Shown: positions 53,536-64,000 of the stretch, piece after piece
How the letters are laid out: every line of letters begins with the position of its first letter
How positions within the stretch are numbered: the stretch's first letter is position 1
Assembly (NCBI GenBank): GCA_951406725.2
Contig: OX597819.1
Location: 110,732,001-110,796,000, forward strand
Source of the DNA: Octopus vulgaris
Lineage: Eukaryota
Direction: 5' to 3'
Length of the DNA stretch: 64,000 nt
Translations under genes and position numbers: made by a program
The notes under the pieces: generated by a model
Databases searched by the model: none
Told to the model about the DNA's origin: nothing
What the model saw: only the letters and a program-made list of their open reading frames with translations

Positions 53536-53674
53536 CTATAAAGGAGAGATACATTTTGAATAATATACTCCTTGATACAATGTGCTTAACAAATAGATGG
53601 GATGTTTACGGGAAGAAGACCGTTTATTTTAATATTTACTCGAGCAACGGAGCAACTAACAACGCTACACCGTA

Positions 53675-54169
53675 CAGGGTGTTCCAGAATTAACTACAGG
53701 TTTCAATGAAACTGAGCAAATTTAAAAAAAAACTGACAGTATTTTATGTTTATTACCAAAACAAATTCATAAATCTTACGTCAAACCTTTATTGAAAATT
53801 TTCAACATGTCTGTATCTCTGCATAATTCAAATCTCTCCGAGGCGCTGTAAAACACGTTTTGAAGCATTTCAGGGTTTAGCTCCTGCACTCCTAACTGAA
53901 TGTGTTCTTTAAGCTCAGCTAAACGATTGCTCCATCTTACGGACAGAGGTAAAGAAAATGGTTGCTGTCAAACTGCAAAAAAAAAAAAGAAAAAAGAAAA
54001 ACCGTCATGGATAAATAAGAGGGGTCCAACAGGAGTGAAAATAAATTATAAGCAAAATTCAAAATTAAAAAACTTTTAACACATATTACATATGATAATA
54101 TAAATAAAAGTGCGTTTTTAAAAATGCTACTGATTTCACTCAATTCACCATTAATTCTGGGACACCCCG
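53675..54169 (-). mobile_element. Tc1/mariner-superfamily deletion derivative
   Basis: TIRs CAGGGTGTTCCAGAATTAA / TTAATTCTGGGACACCCCG with TA flanks; minus-strand relic LAELKEHIQ...PEMLQNVF...RFELC...HVENF. Confidence 0.85.
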
Positions 54170-54970
54170 TATTTACTCGTCCGACTAAATGGGGAAGAGA
54201 ATACAAGGGGGACTTATTGGAGGTGGTGAGTGTAGCTTCCGGAGGTGGTCACGCGGTCAAACTCAAATGGCTGCTGTGAGTCACAACAGCAATTTGTTTT
54301 CTTTTTTGTACGAACATTTTTGCATCATATAGTTCAGACATGGATGACATAGGAAGCAGGCATATTGCGGGGCCATGTTGCGTTGCGCAAGATTGGAAAC
54401 GGGAAACATCAACAGGGCACTTCTGGAGAATGGATGAATGAGTTTGTTGTGCATTTACCCAGCCGCACGCACACGCACATGACTTGGTGGTGCGCAGGAT
54501 GGTAGCATGAAGTATCAACTAGGCTCCGACAAAAATTTTAATGTTTTCATTTTCTCAGGCAAATTAGACAAAAAGATTTATAATGCATAAGCAGTATCAA
54601 TATTTTGGCGTAAAACAGAGATAAAACCTCGTGTAGTATACTAAAATTAGATTAACCTGCATTTTGGGGGGGGGCCCATAGTCGGAATTTATTTTAGTCA
54701 ACAGCGATTCAAGGAGCCTGTTTAATGTTTGTTGTAAATTTGGAGGAAAGCAACCGGGTACTCTTCAAGTTACGGGCTTGAACGCTGAGAAAATGCTTTA
54801 AAATGCGATTTATCTACCCCTGGGCCCGCGTTAGGTTAGAAGCTGAAAATTCTTTTGGGGCATGACACTCTATAATCTTATGTAATGCATGTAAAATTTC
54901 ATTAAAATTGGTTGGGTGGATCTCGAGTTTCAACGATATGATATAAAGACAGACACATCCTGTGTTTTGT

Positions 54971-55049
<79 letters not shown>

Positions 55050-55255
55050 ATATATATATACATATATAAAAGTGAATTTGGGCGGATACCATATTAGCTC
55101 TCAGTTGAGTTCCAGTTAACAGCTAGCCACAACGATCAATACCTAATGTCTGTAACTATATGTAGCTATTATTTACTCCCTGAATTCTTCCGAAGGGTAA
55201 TTCAGTGTTCTCTTCGCCGGACAGTAAGAATTTTCTGGCGTGCATATTAATATTA

Positions 55256-55437
55256 TTAATAATAAAGAGTGTGGAGACTTGTACATCCATAACATTTATT
55301 TTATAGTTATATACAACATATTATAATGACCCGATGTGTTTCCGCTGCAGCGGAAACACGTGTAGGTCATTATATGTTGTATATAACTATAAAATAAGTT
55401 TTGTGAACATACAAGTCTCCATACTCTCTATTATTAT
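55256..55437. repeat. spacerless palindrome (~90-bp arms) centred on a hammerhead-like half
   Basis: Centre GTGTTTCCGCTG|CAGCGGAAACAC; right arm GAAA-CACGTG-TA-GGTCATT. Confidence 0.88.
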
Positions 55438-55541
55438 TGATGTTATATACATACATATATATATATATATGTGTGTGTGTGTACGCACTCGATTAATGCA
55501 GGAGATGCATGCTTAAAATAAATACAAGCATACATTATACT

Positions 55542-55612
<71 letters not shown>

Positions 55613-55786
55613 ATCGATGTATATATATATATGTGTGTGTGTAAAATTATAACTTAAGGTATCTAAGAGATACTACCACGCTGGAAATAGCAGTCAAAAC
55701 TTGACTCTAAAACCACTTTAAATGTTCATACAGTACCATATAGCCACTCCTTCTCATTTATATATATGTATATATATATATATATA

Positions 55787-56320
55787 TTGTTGTTGGCATC
55801 CTTTTTGTCTCGGGAGACAATGGAGTTGCGCATAAAATAATCTAGTCCGGTTTTTACATTTCATGTCTTAATACATCTCCTGCTGTGGCTGTGTAGTCTT
55901 AATCTGGACAAATACTCCCTTTGGCAGGTGCCGCAAATGTAGCGAAGTCTTTTCCTGGCTGGTTGTAATGTCATAGTTTCTTGTTGACGTCCTTTCTTGT
56001 CTTTCCATTTCTCCTCTCTGTCATTCCTTTGTGTTCCATTTTTATGGTACGTCTAACCTATCCCTTGATGCTGAGTTCAATATACGCATGAGCAAGGCAG
56101 CTGCTGTGATGGCCCAACTCTCCAAACGGGCATGGGACAACAATAAGCCGACAAAGACCACAAAAATGAAGATTTACCAGGCATGTGTACTCAGCACTCT
56201 ACTGTATGGAAGTGAGACTTGGACGACATACACACACCAAGAGCTTCGCCTAAATATCTTTCACCTGCGCTGCCTCCGAGAAATCCTTCGCATCAAACGG
56301 CAGAATCATGTCCCCAACAA

Positions 56321-56324
<4 letters not shown>
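55787..56324. mobile_element. RTE (BovB-like) LINE insertion with 5' inversion
   Basis: 55787-56050 (-) encodes the C-terminal YICGTCQRE..SR...HSHSRRC plus tail GTCTCCCGAGAC...GGATGCCAACAACAA. 56049-56324 (+) encodes the upstream SNLSLDAE...YQACVLSTLLYGSETWT...FHLRCLR. Confidence 0.88.
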
Positions 56325-56374
<50 letters not shown>

Positions 56375-56382
<8 letters not shown>

Positions 56383-57050
56383 AAATCCTCCATCCGATTG
56401 CGCTGAAATTTGATATGTAGATGCCGATGGTATCAGGGCGTGTATAAGTCTTGAAAAAAATCACAAAATCAATTCCAGGTAACAAGGAATGTGGTTTACA
56501 AGGCTGCGCTCCACTAGCTTTTCCATGCTCTTGAACATCCCGTAAAGGAAGTTAGCTTAAAATTAGTTACTTAGTTCCCTAGGTTGTTGCTTTTCATCAA
56601 AAATCGCCCCAGTCTGATTTCCTACATGTTTTATCGGATAAACTTATTGTCCCAGGTATGTTCTCATAAATTCCTCAAGCTTTTCCATCTAGGTTTATCT
56701 CCAGCTAACCCATTTGCATGCATCGTTTTTGTCCTGCTTTTCTTCCTTCAACCTGTAAATAACTGCACCTTCCATTTTTTGTTGTTTTTGTACTGCTTAA
56801 GGCACGTTTCTTTCCTGCCAAGCTTACTGTTTGTGTTCTCCCAGTCAACAGCCTTATCTTTACTGATACTTTAAACTCTTCGGTTGCCTATTTGTGTGAA
56901 TAAAATCGTTTTTCTTTTGAATAGAAAAAGTCTATCTTTATTTTTTCATTTGCTGGTGTCTCAAATTTAGGTCGGACAAGTTGTTTTGAGAAAATTTGGC
57001 TTAAATGTTTGACAACTCAGCATCGTCCATTGGAGGGGGTGTTTTGCTCG
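56375..57050 (+). mobile_element. non-autonomous Helitron-like element, family H2
   Basis: Reverse-complement homolog of 32190-32742; ends CGTCCATTGGA...GCTCG|T. Confidence 0.75.
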
Positions 57051-57323
57051 TGTATATATATATATATATAAATATATATGCTCGAAATACGAAACTAGAA
57101 AAAACAGCCAACAGCTGATGAATGGTCGTTCTTTATGTTGTTTGTTTTGTTTTTCATTTGTGTCTTCCGTTGTTCGAAAGAATAGTTCATGTTCCATGTA
57201 CTCGTGCTTCGTACTTTTTTCTTGTACACGTTTCGTGACGTCCTGTGCCCACATATGATTATATATATTCGTATAGATGCAAGAATGTACATATACGTAT
57301 GTATATATGCATCTCTCTCTCTA

Positions 57324-57399
<76 letters not shown>

Positions 57400-57619
57400 A
57401 AACAAAAGGGGTTATACTTTTACATGATGAGTTAATTCCACTCGGTGCCAAATAAGTATTTTGTTAAGTGTAAGAAAATACGTATCCAGGGTAATGAATT
57501 TTAAAATATATAAAAAGCGGTGATTGCTTGGGGAAAATTGGTAGGATATATATATATTTCCTCTGTAGTTACTCTTACTTTTCGTCTATCTTAATTTGCA
57601 GGCATAAAACGGGTTCCAA

Positions 57620-57780
57620 GCAGAAGCAACGTACAGGCATCCATGATAGTTTACAGGTGATTTTCAGAGATTACACCACTGACAGGAACAATGTGCACTG
57701 ATAGGTGAAATAATGTTAAAAGGTAAGACAGCATTGAAGCCAGTTCAGGCTACGGGAGTTCATTAACTGTAACCACTAAT
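57620..57780 (-). mobile_element. very decayed CR1/L2-type RT N-terminal remnant
   Basis: Minus-strand fragments PELASMLSYL, HIVPV and PVNY across frameshifts. Confidence 0.35.
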
Positions 57781-57945
57781 TCAGTTTACCAGAATGAGAC
57801 ACGAACTGATTGGCGAGGTGAGGCGCAATCCATGAAGTTGATGATCACAAAGATTTCTCTTTCGATTATTGCATGAATAGATGTGTTCTTTAAAACTTCT
57901 TTTCTAAAAATGAATTTCCAGTAGAAAAAAATCACTCTCTCTCTC

Positions 57946-58037
<92 letters not shown>

Positions 58038-58134
58038 ATGTTTGTATATATATATATATATGTATGCATATACATATATTATATATTATATTATATCATA
58101 TTATATTATATTATATTATATATATATATATACA

Positions 58135-58298
58135 GGCGGAGGAGTGGCTGTGTGGTAAGAAGCTTGCTTCCCAACGACATAGCCCTGGGTTCAGTTCCAC
58201 TGCGTTGCACCTTGGGCAAGTGTCTTGTACTACAGCCACGGGCCGTCCAAAGACTTGTTGGGTGGATTTGATAGACGGAAACTGAAAGAATCTCGTCG

Positions 58299-58360
<62 letters not shown>

Positions 58361-58600
58361 TGTCTGTGTGAGCGTGTTTGTGTGTGTATATATTTGTGTG
58401 TCTGTGTTTGCCCCTTCTCACCAGCATCGCTTGACAACCGATGTTGGTGTGTTTACGTCTCCGTAACTTGACGGTACGGCATAGGAGGCCGAGAGAATAA
58501 CTACTAGGCTTACAAAGAATAAGTTCTGGCGCGATATCTTCGACTAATGGCCGTGCACCAGCATCGCTGCAGTCAAATGACTGAAACAAGTAAAAGAAAA
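58135..58600 (+). mobile_element. SINE family A
   Basis: Full match. Confidence 0.9.
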
Positions 58601-58617
58601 TCAGAAAATTATATGTG

Positions 58618-58722
<105 letters not shown>

Positions 58723-59258
58723 CAATATTTAAATATCGATATTATCAAGTGGCCAGCATATTATCTTTATATATAAATTTATATAATTCGTCACTATATT
58801 CACTGCGGTGTTTATTTTGACCATATCGCGCTTATGAGGTGGTTGGCGGGCAATTTGAACTGGCCTTGTAGATACGTGCGTATATATGTATGTATAGACG
58901 TTCGTATATGTAAGTATAACGTGTGTTCTGTATATATATATTTGTATTTATGTGCCCATCTGGTATATTCAACTGATGAAAGCAGAGCTTATTTGAAGCA
59001 AAGCTAGAAATCCAGGATCTTGAATTATCCAGTAATATCTTTTCGCTAGTTTATTTTGTCTCTCTGTCTTATCTCATAGTGCGATATGGACATTTAAGGT
59101 GGTTTTTAGAGTCAGTGTTTTGACTGCTATTTCGGCATGGTGGTGTCTTTCAGATAGCCTTATTTATAGTTGTAAAAAATTATTACCTTTCCATGGTATC
59201 TATTCCCATGCTGGCCACTTGATAATATCGATATTATTCTTATTTATAAATATATACA

Positions 59259-59300
<42 letters not shown>

Positions 59301-59308
<8 letters not shown>

Positions 59309-59547
59309 TAAATTAGAGATAAAACCACTATTAGTCAAATCAAACAATGAAAAACTTAAGCCAATATATAAAAATTAATTAATTTATATTATTTTAAATA
59401 TATATCAAAAGTATTAAAAGTTTAATAAAAGATAATACTTTTGATATATATTTAAAATAATATAAATTAATTAAATTTATGTATTGGCTTAAGTTTTTTA
59501 TTGTTTGATTTGACTAATAGTGGTTTTATCTCTAATTTAATATAATA
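59301..59547. repeat. near-perfect AT-rich palindrome (~116-bp arms, 16-nt loop)
   Basis: TATTATATTAAATTAGAGATAAAACCACTATT...CAAAAGTATTA mirrored by TAATACTTTTG...AATAGTGGTTTTATCTCTAATTTAATATAATA. Confidence 0.92.
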
Positions 59548-59632
59548 TAATATTTTTCTATAAAATTGGATTCAATCCTAAATCTGATTTTTCCCTGTAA
59601 GTTTGGATTTATTCCCTAATATTTTATTATTA

Positions 59633-59681
<49 letters not shown>

Positions 59682-59703
59682 TGTATATATATATACACAT
59701 ACA

Positions 59704-59774
<71 letters not shown>

Positions 59775-60120
59775 GTGTATGTATGTATTATGTATTTATG
59801 TATACGAATGGCTATGTATGTGCATAAGTATAGGAATACGATCCATTGTAGCCTTAAACTTGAATCCAGTGACCTGGACAGAAATATATTCTGAGTCTTT
59901 GTGAGATCGAGACTTATGCTTAAATGGTTTGTATCAAATTTCATTAACCTAACTTAAGTTTCAGAACGCAGAAACACACACGCATAGCGACAGATATGCA
60001 CACACCCAAGTGTAAACGTCCATGTATTTGTATTCCCTCTCTTTCTTCCTCACTCTTTCATTTTCTTTTTTCTCTCACGCTCTCTTTCCCTCTCTCTCCC
60101 TCCCCGTGTGTGTATGTATG

Positions 60121-60194
<74 letters not shown>

Positions 60195-60210
60195 TATATG
60201 TATATATAGT

Positions 60211-60263
<53 letters not shown>

Positions 60264-60490
60264 TTGTACATCTATCTACCTATCAGTCTATCTGTCTATC
60301 TATCTATCTATCTATCTATCTATATATATATATATATTTCTCTATATATATATATGTATATATATTCGTATAAATGTATATATATATATATGCATGATAT
60401 ATCTATATTTTCAGGTATGTGTAAATGTGCGTATTTTGTGTACATGTATATGTATATCTATCTATAAAGATATGCACATATATAATATAG

Positions 60491-60563
<73 letters not shown>

Positions 60564-60564
60564 G

Positions 60565-60606
<42 letters not shown>

Positions 60607-60677
60607 TATATATATATACATACATATATATACAGATATATGTAGAAATATATAGATATATACATATATATATATAC

Positions 60678-60709
<32 letters not shown>

Positions 60710-61427
60710 GTATATATATCTATACACCAATATTTCTGTTTGTTGTAAGGAAGTGTATAAGCGCTGATTAATCATACACTGAAACAATGTGTTAAAGTGC
60801 AGTAACGAAGTTGGAGTGGGGCCGGGGCATGCTGGGATTGAAACCTCATTAATGCAGTATCCAGTGACATGGTATCATCTCAGCTTTCAGCTGATACACT
60901 TGATGGTGGATGAAACACACGTCTGGATGTAAAGAAAGAGAGGGAGGGGGAAAGGTGGAGTAAGGAGTAAGAAAACCTAAAATGAAGGAGAAGAGCAATG
61001 GCGGTATAAAAAGCGGGTTTGAAAATTAATGGGTTGAAGGAAAGTGAGAGTGAGAGAGAGAGGGAGAGTGAAATGGAGAGAATAGGAGAGGGGTAGAAAG
61101 TGGCTGAGGGAGAATGAGAGAATGGGAATTGAAAAGAAATTGAGAGAATAGGAGAGAGTGAGTGTTGGTATGGGAAGAGATTGAGAGAAAGCAAGGGAGA
61201 GTTAGAATGGCGCATTTGGTGTGTGATGGAGAAAGGAGGGAAAAAAACTGAGGATAAAATAGGGGAGATGAAAGAGTGAGAAAGAATGAATGACAAGGAA
61301 AAGGATTGAACATTATGATAAAAGATAGTACGGAGATATAAAACTTAGACACACGCACACACACACATATATATATATTAATAGGTATATATTTACATAT
61401 ATATGTATATATATATATATATGTATG

Positions 61428-61474
<47 letters not shown>

Positions 61475-61485
61475 ATATATACATA

Positions 61486-61647
61486 GGCGCAGGAGAGGCT
61501 GTGTTGTAAGTACCTTGCTTACCAACCACATGGTTCTGGGTTCAGTCCTACTGCATGGTATCTTGGGCAAATGTCTTCTACTATAGCCTTGGGCCGACCA
61601 AAGCCTTGTGAGTGGATTTGGTAGACGGAAACTGAAAGACGCCTGTC

Positions 61648-61650
<3 letters not shown>
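61486..61650 (+). mobile_element. SINE family A 5' half ending at (TA)n
   Basis: Head through GAAAGACGCCTGTC. Confidence 0.88.
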
Positions 61651-61740
<90 letters not shown>

Positions 61741-61962
61741 TATAGATATATATATATATATATAAGTAGTTGAATGAATTATCCTAGTATGGATAATTCG
61801 GTTAACCGATACCCGGGTAGCAAATTCATGTCAGAAAAACACGGTTGAAGCTACATGCCAAGGGCAGAGATCACGTGCTTTCGTGTGGAAATTTGTGTGT
61901 TTTTTTTTTTAATACAAATAAATGAAAGAATGGAGTTGAACGACGATTTAGCAAAATTCCTT

Positions 61963-62048
61963 TATTCTCGACATATTTTTCGAAGACTGCATATTCCTAA
62001 TTTCGAAGGAATAAGGGGTGCATTATGCCGCCTTCTCATCAGGAAACA
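61963..62048 (-). ncRNA. type I hammerhead ribozyme-like motif with long helix II
   Basis: TTTC-CTGATGA-GAAGGC.GCATA...TATGC.GTCTTC-GAAA-AATATG-TC-GAGA. Core intact, GUC site, helix III one change from palindromic CATATG. Confidence 0.75.
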
Positions 62049-62199
62049 CACATATATATATATATATACATATATTAGAGTGTAAATGTAGGAAAATTAT
62101 ATCATAAAAATCACAGTACTGTTAAGTTCATAATATAAACCACCTTGTATAAATAGTTAAATATATAAAGTTTAACTATGATCATTTAAAAAGTTTTGA

Positions 62200-62295
62200 G
62201 AGATATTACAATCGTTTCATGAATATACTACCTTTCGAAACAAAATCCAAAGTTGATAACTATTATTAGGAAATGTATTCATGCATCAGAGAAAA
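62200..62295 (-). ncRNA. degenerate hammerhead motif with long helix II
   Basis: CTGATGC-ATGAATA...TATTCAT-GAAA-CGATTG-TA; helix I is poor. Confidence 0.5.
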
Positions 62296-62560
62296 GAATG
62301 AATTTCAGAGTAGTAAATCGAATGACAGAGAAGCTATCTAAAATCATATGGTAAAGGTGTTGTTTAAAATGCTTTTGGTATAGGTTTATTTTGGTATAAA
62401 TTTGTGCTAAGATTTTGAGAAAATAAGATAAATCCATGGTAAAATCCTTTGTAAGAATCCGTAGTGGCTGTGTGTAGATAGACGTCCCATTATTTCTTTT
62501 CTCTTCAGTACGTAATCTATAAGTGTTTTTCATTTTTCTTTTTTACTCTTACGTGCAAAG

Positions 62561-62762
62561 TGGCGAACTGGCAGAGTGTTTACCGCACCGGAAATATGCT
62601 TAGCGCCATTTCGTCCAATTGTACGCCCTGAGTTGAATGACGCAGGATCAGCTTTACCTTTCATTCTCTCAGCGTCGATAAAATAAGTACCAGTTGAACA
62701 CTGGCGTCGAACAATCTACCCCTCCCCTTGAATTTTCGGCCCTGTGCCAAAACCTGAAACCG
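62561..62762 (+). mobile_element. diverged SINE family B1
   Basis: GGCGAACTGGCAGA...CTTTACCTTTCAT...GTCGATAAAATAAGTACCAG...GGCCCTGTGCCAAAA. Confidence 0.75.
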
Positions 62763-62870
62763 ATATATGTGTACGTCTGTGTGCGTGTACGTCTGTGTGC
62801 GTGTACGTGCCTCCGTTTCAATGAAAGAGCGCTCATTTCTACATATATCTTTCTATATTATTTGGATTCA

Positions 62871-63288
62871 TACTCTTTTATCTTTTACTTGTTTCAGTCA
62901 TTTGACTGCGGCCATGCTGGAGCACCGCCTTTAGTTGACCAAATCGACCCCAGGACCTATTCTTTGTAAGCCTCGTACTTATTATATCGGTCTCTTTTGC
63001 CGAACCGCTAAGTTATGAGGACGTAAACACACCAGCACCGGTTGTCAAGTGATGTTGGGGTCGGGGGAACAAACACAGACACACAAATATATACAGACAC
63101 ACACACACACACACACATATATATACAACGGTCTTCTTTTAGTTTCCGCCTACCAAATCTATTCGCAATGCTTTTGTCGATCCGAGGCTATAGTAGAAGA
63201 TACTTGCCCAAGGTGCCATGCAGTGGGAATGAACCCGGAACCATGTGGCTGGTAAGCAAGCTTCTTACCAAAGAGTCAATCCTGCGCC
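62871..63288 (-). mobile_element. SINE family A
   Basis: Full reverse-complement match. Confidence 0.9.
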
Positions 63289-63338
63289 TACTAAATAGAA
63301 AAAGTTTCTTCTTCACAACAAAACAGAGCTTCGTCTTG

Positions 63339-63517
63339 GGGCTGTGTGATAAGAAGTTTACTTCCAAACCACATGGTTCCAGGTTCAGTTCCACGGCACG
63401 GATCCTTGGGCAAATGTCTTCTACTATATCCTCGGGCCGACCAAAGCCACGTAATGGGATTTTATAGACAGGAACCGAATAAAGCCTGTCGTATATATAT
63501 GTATATATATATATAGG

Positions 63518-63586
<69 letters not shown>

Positions 63587-63700
63587 CTGTGTGTGTGTGT
63601 GTGTATATGTGTGCTTCTTCGTGTCTGTCTTTCCTTATAGCTTGGCGACTGTAACTTAGCGATTCATCAAAACGAAGCTAAGTACCAGGTAAGTACTGGC
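63339..63700 (+). mobile_element. SINE family A (diverged, 3' half decayed)
   Basis: GGCTGTGTGATAAG...CCTTGGGCAAATGTC; head-to-head with the 62871 copy. Confidence 0.8.
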
Positions 63701-64000
63701 AGGCTGGATTAAGACTCATATATCTCTAAGCACTTCACAGCCTATATATGGTTCTTGCTTTTAATATGTAATGCACATCTTTTATCTTTTCCTTGTTTCT
63801 TTTATCTTCAACTATCACTGGACTGCGACGATGCTAAGACAGCGTCCTGAAAGTATTTTAGTGGAAGTAATCGAACCCGGAACCTTTATGTAAATGTCTG
63901 TTATGGTACTGATTGTGTCGGTTTCTTCAGCGGAACTAAAAAATGACCGAGGCCCAAACGAGCCAATACCGATTTTCAAGTGGGTTGGGGACAGAAGACA

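Noticed and set aside
54240-54960. GC-richer island with AP-1 motif and ORF 54249-54518, plus Helitron-like end near 54890-54960
   Set aside because: No recognisable protein or paired termini; probably decayed repeats and too ambiguous to call.
57095-57200. CTGATGA...CGAAA possible hammerhead
   Set aside because: The helix II closing pair and helices I and III could not be formed convincingly.
60930-61300. Purine-rich tract with recurring GAGAGAATAGGAGAG and minus-strand ORFs
   Set aside because: It is a low-complexity degenerate repeat, and the ORFs reflect composition.

Overview
AT-rich, extremely microsatellite-dense eukaryotic non-coding DNA. The repeat families match my recollection of octopus (coleoid cephalopod) genomes; this was not confirmed by a search. 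No intact host protein-coding gene is recognisable, and almost all listed ORFs are simple-repeat or SINE artefacts. Supported content: (1) one canonical tRNA-Glu(TTC) gene at 33130-33201 (-), with a SINE 12 nt downstream; (2) about 35 copies of four tRNA-derived SINE families, called A-D here; (3) decayed LINEs: CR1-group, RTE (one 5'-inverted), R4/Dong-type in (TAA)n, and a Tx1/L1-like 3' end; (4) a Penelope-like RT fragment; (5) mariner/Tc1 relics and MITEs; (6) non-autonomous Helitrons, including an 86-bp one; (7) a 34-bp minisatellite. The most notable pattern is a set of at least six type I hammerhead-ribozyme-like motifs, several with long helix II, plus several long foldback palindromes. 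They sit in short modules in (TA)n-rich DNA, and one motif lies at the truncated end of the Penelope element. Other highlights are SINE-LINE tail sharing (A with CR1, B2 with Tx1-like), recurrent B2-into-B1 junctions at one position, and a triple target-site duplication.
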